Source of the DNA: Acaryochloris marina MBIC11017
GTDB taxonomy: Bacteria > Cyanobacteriota > Cyanobacteriia > Thermosynechococcales > Thermosynechococcaceae
DNA length: 32,000 bases
NCBI RefSeq assembly: GCF_000018105.1
Contig: NC_009925.1
Location: forward strand, 2,070,001 to 2,102,000
Reading direction: 5' to 3'
This document shows, piece by piece, positions 1 through 9,536 of this stretch; the stretch's first letter is position 1, and each line of letters begins with the position of its first letter. The translations under genes and the position numbers were made by a program. The notes under the pieces were generated by a model, which had not been told where the DNA came from, did no database searches, and saw only the letters and a list, made by a program, of their open reading frames with translations.

Positions 1-716
1 GAAATCATGGCGCCCCAGCTCGCTCCATCCTGAATACCCACCCCGATATAGGTCAGAATCACTTCCGACTTGATCGCGCCCAAAATTTGGAGGGACGCAC
101 TAATAATCGCCAAATGGATGACATTGGGGAGGATATGACTAAATATAATCTGAAGATCATTGGCCCCAATCACTCGGGCAGCAGCCACATATTCCAAATT
201 GCGGGTTTTAAGTACCTCGCTCCGTATCAATCGACAGAGTCCCACCCAACCGAGCAGGCCCATAGCCAAACAAATCGCCACTAGCCCCTTACCAATCACA
301 TAGGAGATGGCAATTACCATCAAAATGTAGGGTACAGAACTAATGACGGTATACAGCCAGACAATGCCAACATCGACTAAGCCCCCGTAATAGCCCGCCA
401 AGGCGCCTAAAATGACACCGATGGGAACAGAGATGCTGGTCACTAAGACTCCAATCAGCATTGCTGTTTTAGTTCCAGCCAAAATTTTATAGAGAACAGA
501 GCGACCAAACAGATCGGTGCCGAGTAATTTTGCGAGTTCTAACGAAGGGGCTTCATATTCTGCCCCCACCCGAGTCTGATAGTCAGGTAAGACATTAAAT
601 CCCCCCAATACAGCCACCAAAATGTAGATAGCGATAATCCCCAAGCAGATGACAACCAGTTTTTGACGGCTGAGCTTTTGGGCAGCTTCCCAATAAAGGT
701 TATGAACGCGGGTCAT
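1..716 (-). CDS. ABC transporter permease, OppC/DppC-like (peptide/nickel family); the 3' end runs off the window
   Basis: Hand translation of the minus strand from ATG 716-714 gives MTRVHNLYWEAAQKLSRQKLVVICLGIIAIYILV...GTDLFGRSVLYKILAGTKTAML...EYVAAARVIGANDLQIIFSHILPNV... The frame is open to position 1. It is absent from the ORF track only because no stop lies in the window. It starts 8 bp downstream of the OppB-like gene. Confidence 0.85.
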   Translation of the reverse strand, partial: MTRVHNLYWEAAQKLSRQKLVVICLGIIAIYILVAVLGGFNVLPDYQTRVGAEYEAPSLELAKLLGTDLFGRSVLYKILAGTKTAMLIGVLVTSISVPIGVILGALAGYYGGLVDVGIVWLYTVISSVPYILMVIAISYVIGKGLVAICLAMGLLGWVGLCRLIRSEVLKTRNLEYVAAARVIGANDLQIIFSHILPNVIHLAIISASLQILGAIKSEVILTYIGVGIQDGASWGAMI

Positions 717-723
717 GGAGTCC

Positions 724-1656
724 TCAATTTAGTTTGACGCGCGGATCCACCGCAGCAATAAGTAAGTCAGTGATTAGGTTAAACAGGGCATAGGTAATGG
801 TGATATACATCGTCATGCCCTTCAGCACCGGAAAATCACCATTATTAATTGCTGAAATCATCAAATCGCCTAAGCCTGGAATACTAAAAAATCGCTCCAT
901 CAAAAAGGCTCCCAAAATCAAAAAGGGAACCGCCACAATCGTGAAGGTCAGAATCGGAATCATGGCATTTTTGAGGATATGCGTAAACAGAACCCCTCGT
1001 TCACTCACCCCTTTGGCCCGAGCCGTGCGGACATAGTTGGCCTGCATTTCATTCAGAAAAATGGTGCGGTAGATCCGCACATCAGGCCCAATGGAGACCA
1101 CGATAATAATCAGCCAAGGCAAAGCCAAATAAGGAATTGCATCCCATCCTGGGGCATAGCCATTGATGGGAAACCATTCCAACTCATAGGCCAGGAAGTA
1201 CTGCATGGCAATGATATAGACCAAGTAGGAGACGCTCATGGCAATCACAGCGGTGGCGGTGGAAAAGCGATCGATCCAGGTGCCTCGGTAATAGGCGATC
1301 ATCATCGCAATCACGATATTGATCACCAATCCCAACACGAAGGGAGGGAGCGTCAAACTCAGTGATACCAAAGCCCCACTGGCGAAGGCTTCACTCAGTC
1401 TCTCGCCAGTGAAATAGGACTCTCCATAATCAAACGTCACGATTTGGCGCAGAAAGTCGAGAAACTGCTTCCAGAGTGGCTGATCTAGCCCCCATTGGGC
1501 TTCGAGATCTGCAATGGCTTGGGGGGTTGCATGCTGGCCTAAGGCAATCCTTACCGGATCTTCTCCGGCCACGTTGAACAACACGAAAATAATGACCGCA
1601 ACTCCCAGGATGGTGGGAATGATGTATAGCAAGCGGCGAATAATATACCCAACCAT
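724..1656 (-). CDS. ABC transporter permease, OppB/DppB-like
   Basis: 310-aa multi-TM ORF with the permease signature region YVRTARAKGVSERGVLFTHILKNAMIPILT. Its start overlaps the stop of the upstream SBP gene at nt 1656. Confidence 0.9.
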   Translation of the reverse strand: MVGYIIRRLLYIIPTILGVAVIIFVLFNVAGEDPVRIALGQHATPQAIADLEAQWGLDQPLWKQFLDFLRQIVTFDYGESYFTGERLSEAFASGALVSLSLTLPPFVLGLVINIVIAMMIAYYRGTWIDRFSTATAVIAMSVSYLVYIIAMQYFLAYELEWFPINGYAPGWDAIPYLALPWLIIIVVSIGPDVRIYRTIFLNEMQANYVRTARAKGVSERGVLFTHILKNAMIPILTFTIVAVPFLILGAFLMERFFSIPGLGDLMISAINNGDFPVLKGMTMYITITYALFNLITDLLIAAVDPRVKLN

Positions 1657-3482
1657 TACTTCAATCCTTTGGCTTTGGCCTCAGTATCGATATCCAAAAA
1701 TTTAGAAGTCGAGCCTAGCATCAGGTTGGGTTTGGAGTTGAGGAGCCATTTCTGGCGCATTCCCACATTAATCCGGGCTTTAAGAAAGACAATCGGTACA
1801 TCTTCTTTCAAAATCAAAGCCATCTTCTCAATAATTTTGTTGCGCTCTGCACCGGGAGACATGCGTCGCATCTGTTCGTAAAGCCGATCATATTCAGGAT
1901 TTTGGTAAGACCCCGCATTCGGTCCCGGTGCCTTATTCGGGCCATAGAACAGTTGATAGAAGTTTTCTGCATCCGGATAATCTGCCCCCCAGCCGCTACT
2001 GGATAGCTGAAAACTTCCGCCTTCCTTCCGTTTCAGAAATTCAGAGAAGGTTAAAAACTCTCCTTTAAGCTGAAAGCCAGATTGGGCCAGTTGATTGCGT
2101 AAGAACTCATAATTCTGCTTGGTAATCTTATCTTGCGATGGATACAAGATCGTGATGGGCGGTAATCCTTTACCGTCTGGATATCCTGCTTCTTTTAACT
2201 TTGCTTTCGCTTGGGTTGGATCATGGGAATACCATTTCACCGGAATCGTTTCTTCACTTCCCGCAATGGGTAAGGGGACAATGGTGTTGAGGGCAAGACC
2301 CCGACCATTTTCCATTTTCTCAATATAGGTAGGGGTATCTAGCGCATAGGCTAAGGCTTGACGCAGCACTTTATTTTGCCCAAAGGTTTTATCTCTAAAG
2401 TTAATGGTGATGTAAAACGATGCCAGATCATTGGCCGAAGCAATGTTGAACTTACCTGCGAACTCACCCTTTAGCTGAAATTTCTCTCCTACCTTTTCAG
2501 CCATTTTGGAAAAATTATCTCGATCAATGCCAATGGAATCCAGCTCACCCTTCAGAAATTTGAGCATTCGGGGTTGCGCTTCTTCAATTAAAGGAATCCG
2601 AATTTCATCAATTAAGGGCAGTTTTTCGCCTGCATCTTCTAGCAGCCCCTGGCTTTGATCCTCTGGCTCTCCTTCGGTAGGGTATGTGCCATGATAATTG
2701 GGGTTTTTCTTGAGCACCATTACCCCTTTGCGCGGATTTTTATCCAGGATATATGGCCCTGTCCCGACGCCGTGGTGTTCCAATTTGCGGCCATACTCTT
2801 CAACGGCTTCTCTGGGAACGATGGAGAGAGGACTAGCCGCAAAAGACATCAATAGCAGGGGATCCTGCTCAGTCATGACAATCTTGAAGGTATGGGAATC
2901 TACCTTTTCGATACCTGGGACGTTTTCCTGGTCATAGTCGAGATCTTTTTGCTGCCGAGTTTTTTCCCTAAACTCATCTAGCCCTTTAATCCGATTTTCT
3001 AGCAGGGTAGGGTAACTTTGGGGGTTAACATTGACATCCGCAAACCGCTTCAGGGTGTAAATCACATCATCGGCATTCAGTTCCCGACCTTTGCCGTCTG
3101 GGAAACAGGGATCATCATGAAATTTGATGCCTTTCCGCAATTTAAAGGTGTAGGTGAGCTTATCCTCGCCCAATTCTGGCATGGTCTCTAAAAGGTTGGG
3201 TACCAACTCATAGGGACGTTTGAGATAGTGATATTCCAAGAGAGGGTCATAGATGTTGCTGATAATCCGGGCGGAAGCCACATCAAATTGCTTAGGGGGA
3301 TCGAGGCTTCGATAAACTGACGCCCGAAACGTATCTAAAACTTTGACACCCGTATCCCCTGCACCTTGTCGTGGCTGACATCCCAATGGCACTGCCGCTG
3401 TGGTAATCAGTAGGGCCGATAAAACAACTTGGGGAGCTTTTTGCCAGATTGAAATTTTCTTTACAGCCATAAATTCAGACAA
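1656..3482 (-). CDS. ABC transporter substrate-binding protein, family 5 (OppA/DppA/NikA type)
   Basis: 608-aa ORF with an N-terminal hydrophobic signal and a Cys (AAVPLGCQ). Size and overall sequence are typical of family-5 SBPs. It is the first gene of an SBP-permease-permease operon. Confidence 0.9.
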   Translation of the reverse strand: MSEFMAVKKISIWQKAPQVVLSALLITTAAVPLGCQPRQGAGDTGVKVLDTFRASVYRSLDPPKQFDVASARIISNIYDPLLEYHYLKRPYELVPNLLETMPELGEDKLTYTFKLRKGIKFHDDPCFPDGKGRELNADDVIYTLKRFADVNVNPQSYPTLLENRIKGLDEFREKTRQQKDLDYDQENVPGIEKVDSHTFKIVMTEQDPLLLMSFAASPLSIVPREAVEEYGRKLEHHGVGTGPYILDKNPRKGVMVLKKNPNYHGTYPTEGEPEDQSQGLLEDAGEKLPLIDEIRIPLIEEAQPRMLKFLKGELDSIGIDRDNFSKMAEKVGEKFQLKGEFAGKFNIASANDLASFYITINFRDKTFGQNKVLRQALAYALDTPTYIEKMENGRGLALNTIVPLPIAGSEETIPVKWYSHDPTQAKAKLKEAGYPDGKGLPPITILYPSQDKITKQNYEFLRNQLAQSGFQLKGEFLTFSEFLKRKEGGSFQLSSSGWGADYPDAENFYQLFYGPNKAPGPNAGSYQNPEYDRLYEQMRRMSPGAERNKIIEKMALILKEDVPIVFLKARINVGMRQKWLLNSKPNLMLGSTSKFLDIDTEAKAKGLK

Positions 3483-3640
3483 CGCTACATTAACGACAAA
3501 TCCATCAGTGGGACATCATCAAACCGTTGAGACAAGATTAATGGGAAGTTATGGTTTGATCAAATCTGAGTGTCCATTAGATCGTATTGTGGCACTGATG
3601 CCTAAAATTCGCCCTCTCAGACAGCAGAAACCACCTCATT

Positions 3641-3679
3641 ATCGCTAGCGACAATGGCTGGAGCTAAGCTGCTAGCGAT
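3641..3679 (-). terminator. Possible hairpin downstream of the SIMPL gene (9-bp perfect stem, 21-nt loop)
   Basis: atcgctagc (3641-3649) and gctagcgat (3671-3679) are exact reverse complements, starting 3 nt after the stop at 3682. The loop is large and there is no clear U-tract, so this call is weak. Confidence 0.25.
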
Positions 3680-3681
3680 GG

Positions 3682-4407
3682 TTAATATCTGATGTGCAGC
3701 GTGACTGAGGCTCTTACCGTTTGTTCACCCCCGACCACAGGGGTGGATGCTGCTTCTCCCCGAAACACAGTTGTTGCCTGAAACGGAACCGGAGGCGGCA
3801 CGGGAGCATTGGCCCCATTAATTTGGATGCTAATGACGTCTTTGGCAGAGAGATTGAGCGCAGTTAGTACAGCCCTGGCCTGAGCTTGAGCATCCTGGGT
3901 GGCCTTGGCTAAGGCTTGTTTTTGAGCCGTTGCGATCGCATCTTCTGCAGCAACAAACGAGACGCTATCAATCCGGGATGCTCCTGCCTTCACGGCATCG
4001 TCCATGAGTGCTCCCGCTGATTCAATACCGACCCGAAAACTAACCACATTACTCCCCCGATAGCCCACCAATCGTCGCTGACCATTATTGGAGCTATAGT
4101 TGGGGCTCAGGTTAATTCCCGTGGTTTCCAGCTTGTCCACCTTACGGGACTTTAGAAGAGAGACAACGGCAGCCGAACGGCTGGCGACCTGTTGCTGGAC
4201 TGCCTCTGCCGTCCTGCCTTGAACCTCTACACCCAATCGCACTTGAGCTTCAGTGGTCTGAATATTTTCAGCCCCTTTCCCAGTAACCGACAACACTCGA
4301 TACTGCCGTTCTGAAATCGTGGGCAGTTGGGGTTGGGCATAGATGGGTCCCGATAGCCCTAACAGCATCGTTATACCTAACAGACCAGAGCAAGCAACAT
4401 GTTTCAT
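3682..4407 (-). CDS. SIMPL (DUF541) domain periplasmic protein
   Basis: 241-aa ORF with a signal peptide (MKHVACSGLLGITMLLGLSGPIYA). The body resembles SIMPL / 26-kDa periplasmic immunogenic proteins (...GYRGSNVVSFRV..., A/Q-rich helix, C-terminal VTLHIRY). Confidence 0.75.
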   Translation of the reverse strand: MKHVACSGLLGITMLLGLSGPIYAQPQLPTISERQYRVLSVTGKGAENIQTTEAQVRLGVEVQGRTAEAVQQQVASRSAAVVSLLKSRKVDKLETTGINLSPNYSSNNGQRRLVGYRGSNVVSFRVGIESAGALMDDAVKAGASRIDSVSFVAAEDAIATAQKQALAKATQDAQAQARAVLTALNLSAKDVISIQINGANAPVPPPVPFQATTVFRGEAASTPVVGGEQTVRASVTLHIRY

Positions 4408-4634
4408 AGGATATTGAGTTGAGTCATTTGGAAATCAGAACAGCACTGTTGGCATTGCATAAGGACAATCGTCATCCCACCAGAGCTGTTAGTTTAGTTG
4501 TCTCCTAATATACTTTTTGGGTTCCGAAAAGCATGTTCTCAGATACACCTGAACACTTGGATACAGAGGCTTGGATAGCCCAGGCATGATGATTTCAGAG
4601 TACCGACCAATGTGAGTGAACAATTGTGGCAGGA

Positions 4635-5912
4635 CTACTGGATGGCCTGTCTCGCCATTGCGATCGCACGGTCTTTCTGGGGATCTTGACCTTGGGCATA
4701 GGGGATAGGGAAGGGCACGACAACATCTGGCGTCACGCCTACCCCCTCTAAGCGAACCGTTTTATCGATATACACATCACTCACTGCAACGTATAGCAAA
4801 CTTTGATCTGGCATCAGATAGGGACGTCCAGCCACCACTGCCCCCGCCGTGGGACTCCCGACAACGGGGCCAATCTCATATTGCTGAAAGCCATAGGCCA
4901 AAATTTCCTTGGCGCTGCGACTGCCTTCATTTACGAGCATCACGACAGGCTTATCCCACTGTCCCTGGTAGGTCGAGGTGGCCCCATGCCTTTTAATACT
5001 GGTCAAACTGGGCCCTCTAGCCGTGAACAGATGAAGTGCCGTCATCGGATCTCCGCCCCAACCATCTCTTAAATCAAGAACAAGGGCATCGGCATTCTTC
5101 AAACGACCATAAATCACTTCATCTTCTAGCTCTTGCTGATGCTGGTCTCCAGCCAAGGACCAAACATGGATATAGCCAATGCGTTGACCATCCGTTTCAA
5201 TTACCTGCACACTATTAGCGATGGCTTCGACAAACATCTGGGTGCAATCGAAGCGCTTCGGCGTTACTGTGATGGTTTGTTGATCGTTAGGGTCTGCCGT
5301 TCTTTGAATTCGCACCTTGATGGGTTGGTCTGCTTTGCCCTTAAACGACTGAATCGCCTGAAAAGGTTGACCTGCCACATTCACGATTTGGTCTCCCACT
5401 TTGAGACCTGCCTTGGCAGCTGGACTGCCTTCAAAGATAGTTTTAATAAAAGTTTTGTCTTGAATCGCCTGGGTGACAATACCAATGCCTTCGTACTGAA
5501 CCTTTCCCTCAGGAAACGTGGATTTGAGCTGAGTGCGTAATTCTTTAATGCGGGGATAAAAAATACCCAGTACCTGATAGTAAGCAGGTTCATCCACGGT
5601 AAACAGGTGAGTATGAGAGGTCTGCAGCCGATCCAGCATCTCGTTGATCGCCTCAGCTTTTTCTGCCCGAGATGATGCCTTGGCTACCTGGGACTCATAT
5701 TGCGATTTCAAGGCTGCCCAGTCTAAACCATTGAATTCCGGATCATAAAAATTTTCATTGACGGTGTTCCAAACCGCATCCAGCAAGGCTGGCTGTTGAG
5801 AAGAAACAGAGGACATCGACCCCTGAGCCAACCACAATGCCAGCCCAGCCGCGAAAAAAAAGCTTAGAAGATGGCTTCTATAAAGCTTCAATTTTTCAAA
5901 ACCAGTCTTCAT
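4635..5912 (-). CDS. S41 family peptidase with PDZ domain (C-terminal processing / tail-specific protease-like)
   Basis: 425-aa ORF with a signal peptide, a PDZ-like segment (IFEGSPAAKAGLKVGDQIVNVAG) and an S41 core (LVLDLRDGWGGD ... LVNEGSRSAKEILA). Confidence 0.85.
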   Translation of the reverse strand: MKTGFEKLKLYRSHLLSFFFAAGLALWLAQGSMSSVSSQQPALLDAVWNTVNENFYDPEFNGLDWAALKSQYESQVAKASSRAEKAEAINEMLDRLQTSHTHLFTVDEPAYYQVLGIFYPRIKELRTQLKSTFPEGKVQYEGIGIVTQAIQDKTFIKTIFEGSPAAKAGLKVGDQIVNVAGQPFQAIQSFKGKADQPIKVRIQRTADPNDQQTITVTPKRFDCTQMFVEAIANSVQVIETDGQRIGYIHVWSLAGDQHQQELEDEVIYGRLKNADALVLDLRDGWGGDPMTALHLFTARGPSLTSIKRHGATSTYQGQWDKPVVMLVNEGSRSAKEILAYGFQQYEIGPVVGSPTAGAVVAGRPYLMPDQSLLYVAVSDVYIDKTVRLEGVGVTPDVVVPFPIPYAQGQDPQKDRAIAMARQAIQ

Positions 5913-5988
5913 GATGATGGGGCTCGTCTACAATGGGCTGCATTGCCAAGATGGCTATTGATCGCCATTCTGGTGTAAGCCGGATTTA

Positions 5989-6032
5989 GAGTTCCCCACT
6001 ATCCCAGGCATTTTGGGAGTTCCCCACTATCG
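5989..6032. repeat. Exact 15-bp direct repeat gagttccccactatc x2, 14-bp spacer
   Basis: The copies lie at 5989-6003 and 6018-6032, in the region between the Q/R-rich ORF end and the S41 peptidase start (5912). Confidence 0.9.
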
Positions 6033-6329
6033 TTTGATCGGTCGCTGTTGTAAGAACCGCTTACGCTCAATATCTCGATGCTGCTGCCTTTGTTTGAGTT
6101 GCTGCCTAAATTGCTGCTGCCGTTGATTTAAGAACTCATCAACTTGTCGATGTTGATTCAGCCGGAGTTGGCGATGGAACTTTAATTGTTGTTGTTGCAG
6201 CCCTTGCTGGAGAAGAGGTTGCTAGTGCAGTTGGTGAGGATTGCGCAGGGGGTGGGCAAGCAGAGGAAATGACACTCCCAAAATAATAGGAGACGCCAAC
6301 AATACACTACTGAAGCAAAATGCTTTCAC
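6027..6329 (-). pseudogene. Small signal-peptide plus Q/R-rich ORF interrupted by one in-frame TAG
   Basis: Hand translation from GTG 6329 gives MKAFCFSSVLLASPIILGVSFPLLAHPLRNPHQLH-TAG(6224-6222)-QPLLQQGLQQQQLKFHRQLRLNQHRQVDEFLNQRQQQFRQQLKQRQQHRDIERKRFLQQRPIKR, with a stop at 6029-6027. Both halves are in the same frame. Confidence 0.3.
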
Positions 6330-6450
6330 TGAACTGATCTCTGCCCCTAGTGTAGCGAGTTTGAGGCCCGGCTAACCCGATACTGATACTGTCTTTTTGA
6401 TTCGAACCCCCTCCTTTGGGTCTTCGGAGTCCCTCTTCAAAGCACTCAGG

Positions 6451-8220
6451 TCATTCACCAACATCCCGAATATCGTGAATATTCCAAGTGACTTTCCCCA
6501 ATGCCGTATATTGGGTTCCTTCAAAGTTATTACGAACGGCTGCTAGGGCCAACGGATTTATTAAGTATATAAAGGGCAAGTGTTCCTGAGCAATTTGTTG
6601 AGTTTTGGCATAAATGGCTTTCCGTTTGGCCTCATCTAATTCCTGGGCTCCTTCGATATAGAGATCGGCTATCTCTTGCTCCCAGTCACTCACGGTAAAG
6701 CCTTGAATCGGCTCACTAGGAGGCTGAGGTTTTTGGTTAAACATATGCAATCCCCCTTCTGGGGACCAGACATTCGCGCCAGTATTTGGCTCCAAACTGC
6801 CAGTCAACCCCAACAAGGCGCAATCCCAATCGAGGGAGTCATCTAATTTATCCACCATTGTGTTGAAGGCGATGGGGGTATAGTCCACCTTCATACCAAC
6901 TTTGGATAAGTCCTGTTTAATCTGAGCACCTAAGGTACTGCCTGCGGGTGCCATCAGCGTAAAGCGGACTTTGTTACCCTGATCATCCAAAAGCTGTCCT
7001 TGTTTGTTCGTTTTAAAGCCCGCGTCTTGGAGTAACTGTTTGGATTTCTGGAGATCATAGTCGTATACCTTCAGCCCCTCTTCTGGGGGCAGGTAATACG
7101 GGCTTTGTACAGAGATGGGAGAATTCTGGGTCAAGCCTAAGCCTTGGTAAGTATTGGCGAGAATCCGTTCCCGATCAATGGCATAGGCCACTGCCTGCCG
7201 AAATTTAACGTTGTTAAACCATCGGGATTTGATGGGATTGACTAGGGGCTTATTATTTCTGCGGCCCCGATTGAGGTTAAAGAAAACGAAGGTTGTACCA
7301 AAATCGGGCCCGCCTTCATAGATGGTAAAGTTTCCAGACTTTTCTTCCCGCTTTAAAAGAGAAAACGTACTGGCCCGCACCCCCACTGAGTCTAAGCCCC
7401 CGGTGCGGAACTGCAGTAAGGCCGTATCAGGGGATTCAACAATTTTCCAGATAATGCGCTCAATGTTACCGTTCGCTCGACCCGGAATTTGATAGCGCCA
7501 ATAATTGGGGTTGCGTCGAAACACAACCCGTTGATTGGTTTCGTAGCGTTCCAGTTGATAGGGACCGTTGACGATAATTTCTTTGGGGTCTGTATCCACA
7601 CCCCAAGCCGAAATAAACTGAGGATTGCCTTTGCTATCTGGTGTATCCACCAATTTCTTGAGGGCATGAGCAGGCAGAATGCTGATTGCGCCTGCCGTTC
7701 GCAAAAACGGGGCGAAGGGTTCAGGAATCGAAAACTCCACTCGCTGGTCATCTAGTTTTCTGACCTTGGGCAAGGCCCGATTTTTACCAACCCGAAGAAC
7801 ATCGCGAGTATCCGTGGGAATGGCCTCATTCAGATAGACATCGTTATAGGAAAAAACAACATCATCCGCCGTCAATGGAGTCCCGTCTGACCATTTCAGA
7901 TTCGGTCGGAGGGTAAAGATAATTTTGAGTTTATCGGCAGAGAATTCCCAAGACTCTGCCAGGGCAGGCTCAATCTCACCTGTTAGACCATTCTGGGTTG
8001 TTAATCCTTCATAGATTAAGCCGAAGACGTTGTTGGCTTCTTTACTTTGCGTGGAATTAAACGTTTTAGGGGCACTCAGTAGGGTATCGACATACTGGGG
8101 GACCCGTGCCGTTTGGGTTTTGAATTGGGAGAGGCTACAGCCAGGGAGTGCGATCGCAACTACCAATACCAAACTCCAAGCCACCCATCGTCGCAGAAAA
8201 GCCATACAGTTCACAGCCAA
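6451..8220 (-). CDS. ABC transporter substrate-binding lipoprotein, family 5 (peptide/nickel type), orphan
   Basis: 589-aa ORF with a lipobox-like signal (VVAIALPGCS). Sequence and length are typical of family-5 SBPs. There are no adjacent permease or ATPase genes. Confidence 0.9.
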   Translation of the reverse strand: MAVNCMAFLRRWVAWSLVLVVAIALPGCSLSQFKTQTARVPQYVDTLLSAPKTFNSTQSKEANNVFGLIYEGLTTQNGLTGEIEPALAESWEFSADKLKIIFTLRPNLKWSDGTPLTADDVVFSYNDVYLNEAIPTDTRDVLRVGKNRALPKVRKLDDQRVEFSIPEPFAPFLRTAGAISILPAHALKKLVDTPDSKGNPQFISAWGVDTDPKEIIVNGPYQLERYETNQRVVFRRNPNYWRYQIPGRANGNIERIIWKIVESPDTALLQFRTGGLDSVGVRASTFSLLKREEKSGNFTIYEGGPDFGTTFVFFNLNRGRRNNKPLVNPIKSRWFNNVKFRQAVAYAIDRERILANTYQGLGLTQNSPISVQSPYYLPPEEGLKVYDYDLQKSKQLLQDAGFKTNKQGQLLDDQGNKVRFTLMAPAGSTLGAQIKQDLSKVGMKVDYTPIAFNTMVDKLDDSLDWDCALLGLTGSLEPNTGANVWSPEGGLHMFNQKPQPPSEPIQGFTVSDWEQEIADLYIEGAQELDEAKRKAIYAKTQQIAQEHLPFIYLINPLALAAVRNNFEGTQYTALGKVTWNIHDIRDVGE

Positions 8221-8276
8221 CGTTTAACGCTGAGTCTGATGGTAGCGTACAAGTCTGTTGGAAATGCCAAGGGAGT

Positions 8277-9356
8277 TTAAGTCGGGTCAGCAGCAGGAGT
8301 ACTTTCCGTACTGACAGGCAAAACAGGGGGCTGGATATAATCTGTGGGAGGTTCTCCAGTTAAAGACTCTAGAAAGGCGACAATATCCCCAGCTTCCGAA
8401 TTAGAGAGATCTTTCCCCAACTGAGTGTTAGCCATTTGCACCACAGCCGCTTTTAGCGATTTGACAGAACCATCGTGGAAATAGGGACCTGTCTTCGCTA
8501 CGTTGCGCAAGGATGGCACCTTAAAGAGCATTCGATCATACTCATCACCCGTGACTTTGTAGCGTCCTTGATCCTCTTGATTCGGCCAAGGATTAACTCG
8601 ACCTGCTTTTTGATAGGTGTTACCGCCAAAATAGGTGCCGTTATGACATTGGGCACAGCCTGCATCCACAAAAAGGGTTAGACCCCGTTTTTGTTTGGCA
8701 TTTAAAGCGGTTTGATCACCTGCAAAATAGCGATCAAAGGGAGCAGGGGTAACGAGACCTCGCTCGAAGGCACCGATGGCTTGACCGAGGTGATCGTAAG
8801 TAACCGACTGCTTATCTTTGGGAAAGGCTGTGGCAAAGGCTTCCACATATTCCGGCATGGAATTGAGGACTTTCAGGACCTGAGCCTCGGAGGGCATCGC
8901 CATCTCCACCGGATTGAGAATCGGGCCTTTCGCTTGAGCTTCTACATCGGCAGCACGGCCATCCCAAAATTGGGCCACATGGGCAGCAGCGTTATACACC
9001 GAAGGAGAGTTACGCCCTCCGAGCTGCCCTTTATGGCCAGGGGAAAAGGGTTGGTTATCAACACCATAGTGATCAAGCTGGTGACAGCTATTGCAAGAAA
9101 TATCCTGATTTTTACTCAGGCGCTTTTCAAAGTAGAGACTGCGACCTAAGTCCACAAGTTCAGGATCGGCAGGTTGCTGCTGAGGGTAGAAATTCTCAGG
9201 TAAGGGAGGACCAAATAGTGCGAGGTTGGGAGCTTCATCTGCGATAGCAATTTCCGATCCGCGGAGGAATATCAGCAAGGTCGCTGCCACTACCACCCAA
9301 AACACAATAAATCTATGGATCTTATCGCGGTTGCCGTGATGCCATTGCAAAGTCAT
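8277..9356 (-). CDS. Di-haem cytochrome c peroxidase (CCP/MauG family)
   Basis: 359-aa ORF with an N-terminal TM/signal and two CxxCH haem-c motifs (CNSCH, CAQCH). Flanking sequence is typical of CCPs (FWDGRA, PSLRNV, GPYFHDG). Confidence 0.9.
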   Translation of the reverse strand: MTLQWHHGNRDKIHRFIVFWVVVAATLLIFLRGSEIAIADEAPNLALFGPPLPENFYPQQQPADPELVDLGRSLYFEKRLSKNQDISCNSCHQLDHYGVDNQPFSPGHKGQLGGRNSPSVYNAAAHVAQFWDGRAADVEAQAKGPILNPVEMAMPSEAQVLKVLNSMPEYVEAFATAFPKDKQSVTYDHLGQAIGAFERGLVTPAPFDRYFAGDQTALNAKQKRGLTLFVDAGCAQCHNGTYFGGNTYQKAGRVNPWPNQEDQGRYKVTGDEYDRMLFKVPSLRNVAKTGPYFHDGSVKSLKAAVVQMANTQLGKDLSNSEAGDIVAFLESLTGEPPTDYIQPPVLPVSTESTPAADPT

Positions 9357-9536
9357 GGGTCACTTCTCCTCTCAAAAACGCGCTGGGTCGCGAGCTGCGC
9401 TCCATCCAAATTTTATGAGTTAGCCAAAAGTGAATGACGACCCGTAAGAAAACGTGATAGCTCCATGACGTTTTGGCACAAAACCATACATAGCTTCGAA
9501 TTTCGCAAGAAAAGGTTGAACTAGGGAATCAATCCT

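Noticed and set aside
979-1365. Long antisense or overlapping ORFs inside well-supported genes, e.g. 797-1036, 979-1365, 5133-5540, 7392-7751, 8712-9149, 13249-13554, 22604-23035, 23042-23377, 27549-27854, 29672-30103 and 31433-31888.
   Set aside because: Each lies wholly within a longer ORF that has clear family motifs. Their translations are low-complexity or compositionally odd (R/S/P-rich) with no recognisable motifs. These are typical shadow ORFs.
3400-3648. 82-aa plus-strand ORF spanning the SBP start and the upstream intergenic region.
   Set aside because: It overlaps the SBP signal-peptide region in antisense. It has no RBS or motif, and the region is better explained as the promoter/leader of the ABC operon.
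6385-6412. tRNA T-arm-like string on the minus strand (ggagggggttcgaatc), a possible tRNA gene or att-site remnant.
   Set aside because: The complementary half of the T-stem is missing (caaaa follows). I could not build an acceptor, D or anticodon arm. It is too short to call even as a remnant.
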